Below, piece by piece: positions 1 to 9,299 of a DNA stretch of 64,000 nt. The notes under the pieces are model-generated. The model was given only the letters and a program-made list of their open reading frames with translations, searched no databases and was not told the DNA's origin. The stretch covers positions 1 through 64,000 of the forward strand of contig CBDDDG010000016.1 in the NCBI GenBank assembly GCA_965226555.1, read 5' to 3'. The position numbers were made by a program, and so were the translations under genes. Each line of letters begins with the position of its first letter. Within the stretch, counting starts at the first letter, position 1. This DNA comes from Salinispira sp. (GTDB lineage: Bacteria > Spirochaetota > Spirochaetia > DSM-27196 > Salinispiraceae).

Positions 1-423
1 CGCGTTTTTATTCCCGCTAACCTTTATGTTATCGGAACCATGAATATTGCTGACAGATCACTTGCTCTCGTTGATCTGGCATTGCGGCGAAGATTTGCTT
101 TTGTCAACTTGGAGCCAGCATTTGGAGAAATGTGGATGGAATGGGTGCAAAGGAACTGCGGAATAGATGGTGAAATACTCAATAAAATTAGGAATCGACT
201 CATGTTTCTGAATACTGAAATAAGATCTGATTCCAACTTGGGTAAGCAGTTCTGTATTGGACACAGCTATGTTACACCTCCTCGGGATATTCGTATCGAT
301 GATGTCCGAGAATGGTTCCGCGAAATTGTTGATACGGAAATTAGGCCTCTTTTGGATGAATATTGGTTTGATTCACGCGACAAAGTGCAGAAAGCAATAG
401 AACAGCTGCTTGCAGACTTCTGA
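1..423 (+). CDS. mcrB: McrB-family AAA+ GTPase, C-terminal part (5' end outside window)
   Basis: Frame open from base 1 reading RVFIPANLYVIGTMNIADRS...ALRRRF (McrB signature), then IGHSY and PLLDEYW; overlaps an McrC-like gene. Confidence 0.9.
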   Translation, partial: RVFIPANLYVIGTMNIADRSLALVDLALRRRFAFVNLEPAFGEMWMEWVQRNCGIDGEILNKIRNRLMFLNTEIRSDSNLGKQFCIGHSYVTPPRDIRIDDVREWFREIVDTEIRPLLDEYWFDSRDKVQKAIEQLLADF

Positions 424-1564
424 AATGGATGATATTGCAGCCGTATCAGCGAAACCACACGATACTCCTGAAGAAGCGGGCTACATAGGGAAAATACCTG
501 TGCGGAATCTCTGGTTACTTATGCTTTATGCGTCTGACCTTTATCGGGAAATTAACCGGACTAAAACTGAACCAGTCAAAGTTGAAGAAAATCCTGATGA
601 CATACCAGACTTGGTGGCGGAAATTTTAATCAGGCAGGTCGAAAAGCGAATTACCCGAAATTTAAGTTTCGGATACCAGACCCGCGAGGCGACCCTGAAC
701 CGTGTTCGCGGCCGCATTAATCTGCTGAAAACTGAACGACATAGTCTCCTTGATAAGGCTAAGGTATTTTGCCGCTTTGATAAGTTGACCATTAATACGC
801 CCCGTAACCGTTTTGTGCGGTCAGCATTAGAACACATTTCGAATCTGCTAAAGCCCGGACTGTCCCACAAATGCCGATCTCTTGCGAACAGCTTACGAAG
901 GATGGGTGTGGTTGGAGAACGACCGGGGCGCGGCGAGGTTTCAATAGATCGTTGTGGAAGGCACGATGCGCTCGACAGAAAAATGCTTAGCGCAGCTCAT
1001 CTTGCCTTCGATCTGGCATTGCCAACGGAGTCTGCGGGAACAAACTATCTATCTCTACCGGAGCGGAAAAAATCATGGATTCGGAGACTCTATGAAAAGG
1101 GAGTGGCGGGGTTTTACGATGTTACTCTGTCAGCTAAAGGATGGCGGGTCGAATCGGGAAAATTTATCAGGTGGGCAATAGATCAGAGAAGCTCAGGCAT
1201 CGACAAAATTTTTCCTTCAATGATCACCGACATTGTTCTGAACCATGAATCTTTAGGCAGGCGGATCGTTATCGATACCAAATTTAACTCGCTAATAACT
1301 GCGGGGTGGCACAGAAAAGAAACGCTCCGCAGTAAATATATATACCAGATATATGCTTATTTGAGATCACAGGAAGGAAGGGGAGATTCTCTTGCGGACA
1401 GAGCAACAGGGATTCTATTGCATCCATCGGTCGGCATCATGTTTAATGAATCGGCGACTATTCAAGGCCATGAAATTCGCTTTGCGACAGTAGATTTGAG
1501 CGCCGAAACAACACTGATACGGCAGCAACTGTTACAGATCGTGGAAAGCGATCATGAATCGTGA
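410..1564 (+). CDS. mcrC: McrC-family modification-dependent restriction endonuclease subunit
   Basis: IPVRNLWLLMLYA N-terminus, TDIV...IDTKF PD-(D/E)XK motif, YQIYAYL; directly downstream of mcrB; start may be ATG 426. Confidence 0.9.
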   Translation: MQTSEMDDIAAVSAKPHDTPEEAGYIGKIPVRNLWLLMLYASDLYREINRTKTEPVKVEENPDDIPDLVAEILIRQVEKRITRNLSFGYQTREATLNRVRGRINLLKTERHSLLDKAKVFCRFDKLTINTPRNRFVRSALEHISNLLKPGLSHKCRSLANSLRRMGVVGERPGRGEVSIDRCGRHDALDRKMLSAAHLAFDLALPTESAGTNYLSLPERKKSWIRRLYEKGVAGFYDVTLSAKGWRVESGKFIRWAIDQRSSGIDKIFPSMITDIVLNHESLGRRIVIDTKFNSLITAGWHRKETLRSKYIYQIYAYLRSQEGRGDSLADRATGILLHPSVGIMFNESATIQGHEIRFATVDLSAETTLIRQQLLQIVESDHES

Positions 1565-1607
1565 TCGCGCTCAAAAGTGCATGTTCATACAGAAGAATTA
1601 AATCAAT

Positions 1608-1681
1608 TCGGGCTGGCGGGATTTGAACCCGCGACCCCAAGTCCCCCAGACTTGTACGCTAAACCACTGCGCTACAGCCCG
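1608..1681 (-). tRNA. tRNA-Pro (GGG)
   Basis: Reverse complement CGGGCTGTAGCGCAGTGGTTTAGCGTACAAGTCTGGGGGACTTGGGGTCGCGGGTTCAAATCCCGCCAGCCCGA folds as a cloverleaf; anticodon GGG; CCA not encoded. Confidence 0.95.
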
Positions 1682-1777
1682 ATACTGAATGGCTGCATCT
1701 ACATGCAGTATCCAATAGTCTTCACAGGGTACACAGAACAGATAAATATGTCAAGAATCAGTATTATCACTGTCGTT

Positions 1778-1913
1778 ATCACTGTCGCTGAGTACTACCC
1801 GAGACTGCCGAGCTCTGCCGCTTATCATGGGCGGGGCATTTACGTCTTCGTTGTTTCCCGTCATGTCGGAAATTTTTCGGAGTGAGGGTATGAGACGGGT
1901 TTCGGCAGAACCC
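1778..1913 (-). repeat. 136-bp duplicate of the rmuC 3' end (other copy 2553-2688)
   Basis: Direct comparison gives 2 mismatches; both encode GSAETRLIPSLRKISDMTG...VVLSDSD. Confidence 0.95.
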
Positions 1914-1916
1914 CAA

Positions 1917-2426
1917 TTAGGCTGTTTGTTTCTTGAGCTCACTCAACACACCCAAATGGACAGGCACGCGATTGCCGTTGTCTATATCGTCCCACCACGA
2001 ATAATCGTGCGCCTTCTTTACTATTTCCCGGACAACATTGTTACGCGCATACTCAATCCATGTATTGAGTATATCTTTATGTTCTTGGGGAATATTGTCG
2101 ATCATGGTCTGCGCTTGTTCGTTATTGGTAATTTGGTAGATCCATTGCTGAAAATCACCGGAATCAATGTAATTGAAAGATAATATCCCCTCATCTGACA
2201 GTTTCCTGATAATTGTCGGTAATTTAGCAATTACCGGACCAAAATCCCGAGCCTCATAGCGATCTATCCCTGTAATCAATTCTCTCCTGTCCTTCAGCGC
2301 TTCAACATCGGAAAACCATAAAATTTTGTTCAGTTTTACCGATCCCAAAGCAGTTGGATTGTCGCTGAAGGCATTACAAACATACACAATAGCATTAGCT
2401 AATTTGCTGTTAATCACTTTGTCCAT
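1917..2426 (-). CDS. Panacea/SocA (DUF4065)-like antitoxin-domain protein
   Basis: KLNKILWFSD...ITG..Y....FGPV motif; AAGGA RBS before ATG 2426. Confidence 0.75.
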   Translation of the reverse strand: MDKVINSKLANAIVYVCNAFSDNPTALGSVKLNKILWFSDVEALKDRRELITGIDRYEARDFGPVIAKLPTIIRKLSDEGILSFNYIDSGDFQQWIYQITNNEQAQTMIDNIPQEHKDILNTWIEYARNNVVREIVKKAHDYSWWDDIDNGNRVPVHLGVLSELKKQTA

Positions 2427-2543
2427 TTTCACATTCCTTTTACTGTAATTATAGCTCATCGCCGCATGGCATGCAAACAGTGGTGCACTTATGGGGTGAA
2501 TTGGCAATGCCGTTGTTCTCCATGTTCCCATCAGCAGCTTTTA

Positions 2544-3866
2544 TCATTCAGAATCACTGTCGCTGAGTACTACCCGAGACTGCCGAGCCCTGCCGCTTAT
2601 CATGGGCGGGGCATTTACGTCTTCGTTGTCTCCCGTCATGTCGGAAATTTTTCGGAGTGAGGGTATGAGACGGGTTTCGGCAGAACCCATGACAGAATTG
2701 TAACTATCGACTGCGCTATTCAAATGCTTTCCCATACCGCCGAGATGCGACCAGAATTTTGAAAAACGGCCGGCAATTTCCCTGCCCTGCGCCGCAATTG
2801 CCTGAGCATTACGGTCAAGCTTGAGCTGCAGCCAGCCCATGGAAACCGTTCTCAGAAGCGCGAGGAGGGTAACCGGCGAGGCAATAAGAACATGATTTTC
2901 AAGCGCCTTGTCAAACAGCTCAGGGGCAACGTGAAAGGCAGCGGTAAGACCCGATTCATAGGGTACGAGCATAACAACAAAGTCCGGCGCCGATTCAAAC
3001 TGTGACCAATACTCCTTTTTCGCCAGCGCATTCACATGGGTCTGAAGCGATTTCGCGTGGGCCTGCAGTTTTTCCCGCATATCTTTCTCGTTTCCGGCCT
3101 GTTGGGCATCGAGATAGGCCTGCATGGGAACCTTGGCATCCACCGGAATAATACCTTTTTTGGGTAAATGCACGAGCATATCCGGACGGTATCCGCCTTC
3201 GGTCTGCTGCTGCTCGTTGAAATCGACATGGTCAATCATCCCAGCCATCTCGGCAATACGCCGAAGTTGTACCTCGCCCCATTTTCCCCGTGCAGTAGAG
3301 GACTTTAGGGCATTTGTAAGATTATTGGTGCTATTCCGAAGTTCCTGATGATCCTGCAGCAAGTGGGTAATTTGCTGCCGAAGCCCCTCATAGGCCCCCT
3401 GTCTATTTTTCTCAAGTTCCCGAACCTGCTGATCAAGATGCTGAATCTCCTTCGAAACCGGTTCCACAAGTCCTTTAAATGATCTGTGTTGATTCTGCAG
3501 ATCACTTTCGAAGCGCTTTTTGAAGTTTTCAAGCATTTCGCTGTGCCGTTTCTGCAGGTCGTCGGCATTCGATTTCAAGGCATTGGATGAAAGCGATGTA
3601 AAAGCTTCCCGAAGGCGCTGTTCCGCCTGCTCTGTCCATGCGAGCTTCTCGGAAGACATTCGGCGCTGTTCCTCGAAACGGACGGCTTCTTCCCGCATAT
3701 TCTGCAGATTCTTCTGCAGTTCCCCGTTCTCTGTCCTGAGGTTCTGCAGCGATTCCAGCTCAACGCGCAATCGGGCGTACTTCACCCGCAGAATGAGAAC
3801 AGTCAGCATTCCTCCGGCGAGCGCGCTCAGCGCAGCAATAATAATTGTGGCGTCAGGTGTTAACAT
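2544..3866 (-). CDS. rmuC: DNA recombination protein RmuC
   Basis: N-terminal TM, coiled coil, RGKWGEVQL, RPDMLVHLP, VDAKVP, DFVVM, SPVTLLALL. Confidence 0.93.
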   Translation of the reverse strand: MLTPDATIIIAALSALAGGMLTVLILRVKYARLRVELESLQNLRTENGELQKNLQNMREEAVRFEEQRRMSSEKLAWTEQAEQRLREAFTSLSSNALKSNADDLQKRHSEMLENFKKRFESDLQNQHRSFKGLVEPVSKEIQHLDQQVRELEKNRQGAYEGLRQQITHLLQDHQELRNSTNNLTNALKSSTARGKWGEVQLRRIAEMAGMIDHVDFNEQQQTEGGYRPDMLVHLPKKGIIPVDAKVPMQAYLDAQQAGNEKDMREKLQAHAKSLQTHVNALAKKEYWSQFESAPDFVVMLVPYESGLTAAFHVAPELFDKALENHVLIASPVTLLALLRTVSMGWLQLKLDRNAQAIAAQGREIAGRFSKFWSHLGGMGKHLNSAVDSYNSVMGSAETRLIPSLRKISDMTGDNEDVNAPPMISGRARQSRVVLSDSDSE

Positions 3867-4088
3867 ATGTGAATGGCATCCTCGAAATATGGATCAGTGT
3901 AATTGCTCTCAAAAAAACTGTCAATTCTGTAAAGAAAAAACGTTTTGAAATTTTTGTATTAATAAATATTTGCAAAATCTTCTATAATAGTAGAGAATGC
4001 TATATAACATTCAACATCAAAAAATTTTGCTGCTGAAATTTTTGCCTCAGGCAAAATTTTATGTATGCAAAGTTTCAAGGAGTTACTT

Positions 4089-5093
4089 ATGCAAAAAATT
4101 TTTGCATGCGCCATAATGGCGTTACTTTGCGCTGGCTTATTGTTTGCCGGCGGAGAAAGCGAGGCTTCGGACTCGCAGTTTGTGACAATTGGCACGGGGG
4201 GAGTCACTGGTGTGTACTACCCAACCGGAGGGGCAATTAGCCGCATGGTCAATGCAAAACGCGATGAATACGGTATTCGCGCATCAGTCGAATCGACTGG
4301 CGGAAGCGTGTTCAACATCAATGCCGTCATCTCAGGCGATCTGGAGTTTGGCATTGCCCAGTCCGATCGTCAGTTCCAGGCGCTCATGGGTCTGGCCGAA
4401 TGGGATGGGAATCCGCAGTCCGAACTGCGCTCGGTGTTTGCAATTCATCCGGAGTCGGTCACCCTGGTCGCAGCAGTTGACAGCGGTATTGAATCGGTGA
4501 GCGATCTTTTCGAGCAACGCGTGAACATCGGCAATCCGGGCTCAGGCAACCTGCAGAATGCTCTGGATGTGCTCGACGCATTCGGATTGTCGCAGAGCGA
4601 TGTCGATGCCGAACAGGTTGGCGCGGTGGAGGCTCCCAGCCTCTTGCAGGATGGGCGTATTGATGCCTTTTTCTACACCGTCGGGCACCCCAACGGGAAC
4701 ATTACCGAGGCGACCACTGGCCGTACCAAGGTACGTATTGTTGACATTGCCGGTCCGGAAGTCGATGCAATGCTGGCGAAGTTTCCCTATTACGCCAAGT
4801 CGAAAATACCTGCCGTCTTTTATCCGCAGGCTGTCAACAGCAGCGATGCGCTGTCCATAGGCGTGAAGGCAACATTGGTAACCTCAGCAGCGGTTTCCGA
4901 TGACATTGTCTATGCAATTACCAAAGAGGTATTTGAGAATTTCGATACCTTTTCGTCATTGCATCCGGCCTACGCAGTACTGACACCGAAGAACATGCTG
5001 GAAGGCTTGTCGGCGCCGCTCCACCCCGGGGCAGTCCGCTACTACGAAGAAGCGGGGATGATCGACATGATTAACCCGGAACTTCTGCGTTAA
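4089..5093 (+). CDS. TAXI-family TRAP transporter solute-binding protein
   Basis: TIGTGGVTGVYYP, STGGSVFN, PLHPGAVRYY; signal peptide; AAGGAG RBS. Confidence 0.93.
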   Translation: MQKIFACAIMALLCAGLLFAGGESEASDSQFVTIGTGGVTGVYYPTGGAISRMVNAKRDEYGIRASVESTGGSVFNINAVISGDLEFGIAQSDRQFQALMGLAEWDGNPQSELRSVFAIHPESVTLVAAVDSGIESVSDLFEQRVNIGNPGSGNLQNALDVLDAFGLSQSDVDAEQVGAVEAPSLLQDGRIDAFFYTVGHPNGNITEATTGRTKVRIVDIAGPEVDAMLAKFPYYAKSKIPAVFYPQAVNSSDALSIGVKATLVTSAAVSDDIVYAITKEVFENFDTFSSLHPAYAVLTPKNMLEGLSAPLHPGAVRYYEEAGMIDMINPELLR

Positions 5094-5117
5094 GCGCGGG
5101 AGTTACCGTTGTAATTC

Positions 5118-5158
5118 AGGCGGGTACAATGCAGGGTCTTGTGCCCGCCTTCTTTTTT
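5118..5158 (+). terminator. Stem-loop with U-tract between the TAXI gene and the permease gene
   Basis: AGGCGGGTACAA...TTGTGCCCGCCT followed by TCTTTTTT. Confidence 0.6.
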
Positions 5159-5176
5159 GGACTATGACAAAGTTCT

Positions 5177-7282
5177 ATGAGAAAGGTTTCTATGAGAAAG
5201 GCAGACAGTATGGCAGAACAAACTGAGCACAAACAGGCTGCGCGTGATCAGCAGGCATTTGAAAAAGCTCTCCAGCAGGAGACGGGGGTTACACGAACAC
5301 AAGGGACTGTTGGAACCTTCCTCATTGCCGCGCTTAGTCTTGCATGGGCACTGTTTCAGCTATCGCTTCCGCGTTTTGTGGTTTTGAACAGTGTTACCAT
5401 TCGTTCAATTCATTTGGCATTTGCGCTGGCGCTCGTGTTTCTCGGGGTTCCCTTTACACGCCGATACACGAAAGAAATTCCCGGGCTGCATTCGCTGAAA
5501 CACACCCCGCTTATCGACTTTGCCATTTTGGCCTGCGCGGTGCTGGCAGCCCTGTACATTGTCATAGATTGGCAGGGCATTTCAACGAGAATGGGCATTC
5601 CGACACAGCGCGATATCATTGTCAGCGTTGCGCTGGTTCTGTTACTGTTGGAAGCGGCGCGGCGGGGTATTGGCCTGCCGATGATCGTCATTGCGGTGTT
5701 TTTTACCTTCTACGCCTTCTTTGGGCGCTACATGCCGGGGGTGTTTGCTTGGCGCGGCGTGAGCTTGTCGCGTTATGTCAGTCAGATCGTATTATCGACA
5801 GAGGGTATTTTCGGCATTCCGCTGGACGTTTCCGCGCGGGTGGTTTATCTCTTTGTGCTTTTTGGATCACTCTTAGAACAGTTCGGCGCCGGGCAGTTCT
5901 TTAACGATTTGTCAATATCGCTGCTGGGCAGGTTCAAGGGGGGGCCGGCAAAGGCAGCCGTGGTTTCCAGCGGCCTGACCGGCATGGTCTCAGGATCAAG
6001 CATTGCCAACGTGGTAACCACCGGCACCTTCACCATCCCCCTCATGCGCAAGGTCGGCTACCCGGCTAAAACCGCTGCGGCAACCGAGGTTGCGGCAAGC
6101 ACCAACGGCCAGCTCATGCCGCCGATCATGGGCGCTGCCGCATTCATTATTGCCGAATATCTCGCAATGCCCTACCTCGATGTCATTAGAGCTGCCTTCA
6201 TTCCGGCCTTCATCAGTTATATTGCGCTCTTTTACATTACCCACATAGAAGCATCGAAGCTCGGCCTGAGCGGATTGCCGGCATCCGACATTCCCGGAAC
6301 CCGCGCAGTACTTAAAAAGGGGTTTTATCATCTCATTCCCCTGTTCGTCATTATCTACGAGTTGGCAGTGACGCGCCGCAGTCCCAATTTGGCGGTGTTT
6401 AATGCGATTGTTGTTCTCGTGGCAATTTTTATTATTCGTGAAAGTATTGCCGCTTGGCGCCGCGGCGATTCGCTGCTGGCGGCTCTCAGGCTAATTCTGA
6501 GGCGGATTGCTGTTGGACTCATTACCGGAAGTAAGAACATGTTGCCGGTTGCGCTGGCAACAGCAACCGCCGGCATTATTGTCGGCATTGTGAACCTCGG
6601 CATTGGCAGCCGCATTGTCCAGATGGTCGAGGCGCTTTCCATGGGCAATGTCTTTCTGCTGCTGTTCATTACGGCAGTTGTCAGTTTAATTATCGGCATG
6701 GGGCTGCCGACCACCGCCACCTATATTGTCATGGCATCAATTACTGTTCCGGTAATTTTGCAGCTCGGCGCAGGTCTGGATTTTATTATTCCGGCAATTG
6801 CGGCGCATCTGTTCTGTTTTTACTTCGGTATTCTGGCAGATGACACCCCCCCTGTGGGGCTGGCTGCCTACGCGGCGGCGGCGATTGCAGGCTCAGACCC
6901 AATTCCAACTGGTATAAAAGGGTTCATATATGACCTGCGCACGGCCATTATTCCCTTTATGTTTGTGTTTAATCCCATGCTTTTGCTCATTGGCGTGAAT
7001 GGTTTCTGGGGAGGCCTGTTAATTTTTGTTACTGCGGTTGGCGGAGTGCTTGCCTTTACCAATGCTGTTCAGGGATGGGCATTGCTGGCAAATGCCTGGT
7101 ATGAAGTACCTCTTTTTCTCATTGCTTCGGCGCTCTTTTTTCTTCCCAACCGCTTTGTGCAGGTGCTGGGGCTTGCCCCCGAGCGCTACTGGATCGCCTA
7201 TCCGCTTGCCATTGCAGTCTATCTGCTGGCCTTCGGCAGCCAAAAGCTCCGCATCCGCCGAGTTCAAGCGGTTAAAGTCTAA
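5177..7282 (+). CDS. TRAP transporter fused permease (4TM/12TM)
   Basis: EGIFGIPL, GGPAKAAV, GQLMPPIMGAAAF, GMGLPTTATY, DDTPPV; many TM segments. Confidence 0.93.
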   Translation: MRKVSMRKADSMAEQTEHKQAARDQQAFEKALQQETGVTRTQGTVGTFLIAALSLAWALFQLSLPRFVVLNSVTIRSIHLAFALALVFLGVPFTRRYTKEIPGLHSLKHTPLIDFAILACAVLAALYIVIDWQGISTRMGIPTQRDIIVSVALVLLLLEAARRGIGLPMIVIAVFFTFYAFFGRYMPGVFAWRGVSLSRYVSQIVLSTEGIFGIPLDVSARVVYLFVLFGSLLEQFGAGQFFNDLSISLLGRFKGGPAKAAVVSSGLTGMVSGSSIANVVTTGTFTIPLMRKVGYPAKTAAATEVAASTNGQLMPPIMGAAAFIIAEYLAMPYLDVIRAAFIPAFISYIALFYITHIEASKLGLSGLPASDIPGTRAVLKKGFYHLIPLFVIIYELAVTRRSPNLAVFNAIVVLVAIFIIRESIAAWRRGDSLLAALRLILRRIAVGLITGSKNMLPVALATATAGIIVGIVNLGIGSRIVQMVEALSMGNVFLLLFITAVVSLIIGMGLPTTATYIVMASITVPVILQLGAGLDFIIPAIAAHLFCFYFGILADDTPPVGLAAYAAAAIAGSDPIPTGIKGFIYDLRTAIIPFMFVFNPMLLLIGVNGFWGGLLIFVTAVGGVLAFTNAVQGWALLANAWYEVPLFLIASALFFLPNRFVQVLGLAPERYWIAYPLAIAVYLLAFGSQKLRIRRVQAVKV

Positions 7283-7316
7283 CGGGTTCGGCGTTTTTTA
7301 TTTTCATGGTGTATTT

Positions 7317-9299
7317 TCATGATTTTTTCTGCTTCGCGCCTGCGGCTCTGATAGTGGTTTTCATAACTTCCTTCGTGCTCAGGCGCAGCCCCCGGGCATC
7401 GCTGCCCTTCACCGGATAATCCTCAATGGCAAAGAATTCCTCAGTTATTTTGAGCCGTGGGCGCGGTTTGTACTGTAATTGCGCCTGCCCCCCTTCCTTC
7501 GTTGTGTAGGCAATAATCTTACATCCTTCGGCAACAAGATAATAGGTTTTTTTATGAATGAATTTCTCAATTCGGCAGCGCTTTATATAGGTCTGCTTTT
7601 CCTTATTCTGATAGATAATTGTGTGAACAACCCGAAAGAGATGCTCCTTATCGGCAGGGAGAACAGCGCGCAGCCCGGTGCCGAAGAACTCCTTCCCGCT
7701 CACGGTATGCACAGAATAGGCGCCGTCCTTCCGAATAACAAGTATTCTATCGAACTCATTCACCTCAAACAGCACATTTCCGCTGCTTAAGGCAGTTCCG
7801 ACAAATCCGCTCCGAGGATCATAGCGGAGAGTAAGATTCCGTATGGCAGCCCTCCGCACTTCAATTTTACTGAAACTCTCAAGCGATGTCCGTCGGGGAA
7901 AATGGCTGCTGCGCGTGCTGATAATGCTCGTAAGAAAGCCCTCCGCATAGGTAATTATGTCTTTAAGATGATCGCGGCATTCGTTTATGCGGGCTTGTAT
8001 GCGCTCCATCTCAGCCTGCGCCCGTTTAATATCGTAGACGGAAATACGGCGGATGGGAATGTTCAGTAATGTGTCGATGTCGGCAGAGGTAATTGCGCGG
8101 GCGATGTTGCCGATGTTGCCGGCGCGGGCAATGTTGCCGATGTTGTCGGCGCGGGCGGCGCTGCCGATGAAGGGTTCAAAGCCCTTCCGCACTGCCCGGT
8201 GTATTTTCTCCATGCTGTCCATCTCTTCAATGACCTTATAAATACGTTCTTCAATGAAAATGCGTTCGAGGGTGCGGGCATGGAGTGTGTCCAGTAAATG
8301 GCTTAGTTCATGTTCGAGTTCCCTGCGGAGAATGTTTTGGAGCTGATCGGCATGATGGTCAATGATCTCGGAAATGGTCATAACAGTCGGCAGGGCATCG
8401 CGGATGACCAGAGGGTTCACGGTGATATTCTGCTCACAGTCGGTAAAGGCATAGAGAGCGTTCAGAAGATCTTCGGCATAGACCCCGCGGGGAAGCTGTA
8501 TTTCGATCTCAACGCTGTCGGTGGTATAGTCGTTTATACTGCCGATCTTAATTTTTCCCTTCCGGGCGGCGTTTTCAATGGAGCTTATAAGCGATTCGGT
8601 GCTGCTGCCGAAGGGAAGTTCACGGATAATGAGGCGCTTGGGATCGGCGGTATCGATGCCGGCGCGGACAAGCACCGAACCGGTCCCATCATCGTAGGCA
8701 GAAACATCGATGAGGCCTCCCGTTGGAAAATCGGGGGAGAGGACGGTTTTCTTCCCGCGCAGCCTGCTCCGCACAGCTTTCAGCACTTCCGTAAAATTAT
8801 GCGGCAGAATTTTCGTGCTCATACCAACGGCAATGCCCTCAGCCCCCTGTATGAGGAGTACCGGTATTTTGGCCGGGAAAACGGCGGGTTCGCGGTTGCG
8901 TCCGTCATAACTCGGCAGCCAGGTTGTTAATTCGGGGTTGTGGAGTACCCGCTTCGCAAAGGGAAGGGCGCGGCATTCAATATAGCGGGGAGCTGAGGCA
9001 TCATCTCCGGTAAAAATATTGCCGAAATTCCCCTGTTTTTCAATGAACAGGTCCTTGTTCGCAAGAAGAACTAAGGCCGCAAATATGGAAGCATCGCCAT
9101 GTGGATGATATTTCATGCAATGCCCCACGACATTGGCAACCTTGTGGAGCTTACCGTCATCAATCTCCAGAAGACTGTGCATAATACGCCGCTGAACCGG
9201 CTTGAAACCATCGTCAATGTGAGGAATAGCCCGCTCGCGAATAACATAGCTGGCATATTCGAGAAAGTTTGTGTTAAAAAGTTTCTCAACCCAGGCCAT
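7317..9299 (-). CDS. parC: DNA topoisomerase IV subunit A
   Basis: DGFKPVQRRI, YHPHGD, APRYIE, GIAVGM; short spirochaete-type C-terminus. Confidence 0.9.
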   Translation of the reverse strand: MAWVEKLFNTNFLEYASYVIRERAIPHIDDGFKPVQRRIMHSLLEIDDGKLHKVANVVGHCMKYHPHGDASIFAALVLLANKDLFIEKQGNFGNIFTGDDASAPRYIECRALPFAKRVLHNPELTTWLPSYDGRNREPAVFPAKIPVLLIQGAEGIAVGMSTKILPHNFTEVLKAVRSRLRGKKTVLSPDFPTGGLIDVSAYDDGTGSVLVRAGIDTADPKRLIIRELPFGSSTESLISSIENAARKGKIKIGSINDYTTDSVEIEIQLPRGVYAEDLLNALYAFTDCEQNITVNPLVIRDALPTVMTISEIIDHHADQLQNILRRELEHELSHLLDTLHARTLERIFIEERIYKVIEEMDSMEKIHRAVRKGFEPFIGSAARADNIGNIARAGNIGNIARAITSADIDTLLNIPIRRISVYDIKRAQAEMERIQARINECRDHLKDIITYAEGFLTSIISTRSSHFPRRTSLESFSKIEVRRAAIRNLTLRYDPRSGFVGTALSSGNVLFEVNEFDRILVIRKDGAYSVHTVSGKEFFGTGLRAVLPADKEHLFRVVHTIIYQNKEKQTYIKRCRIEKFIHKKTYYLVAEGCKIIAYTTKEGGQAQLQYKPRPRLKITEEFFAIEDYPVKGSDARGLRLSTKEVMKTTIRAAGAKQKKS

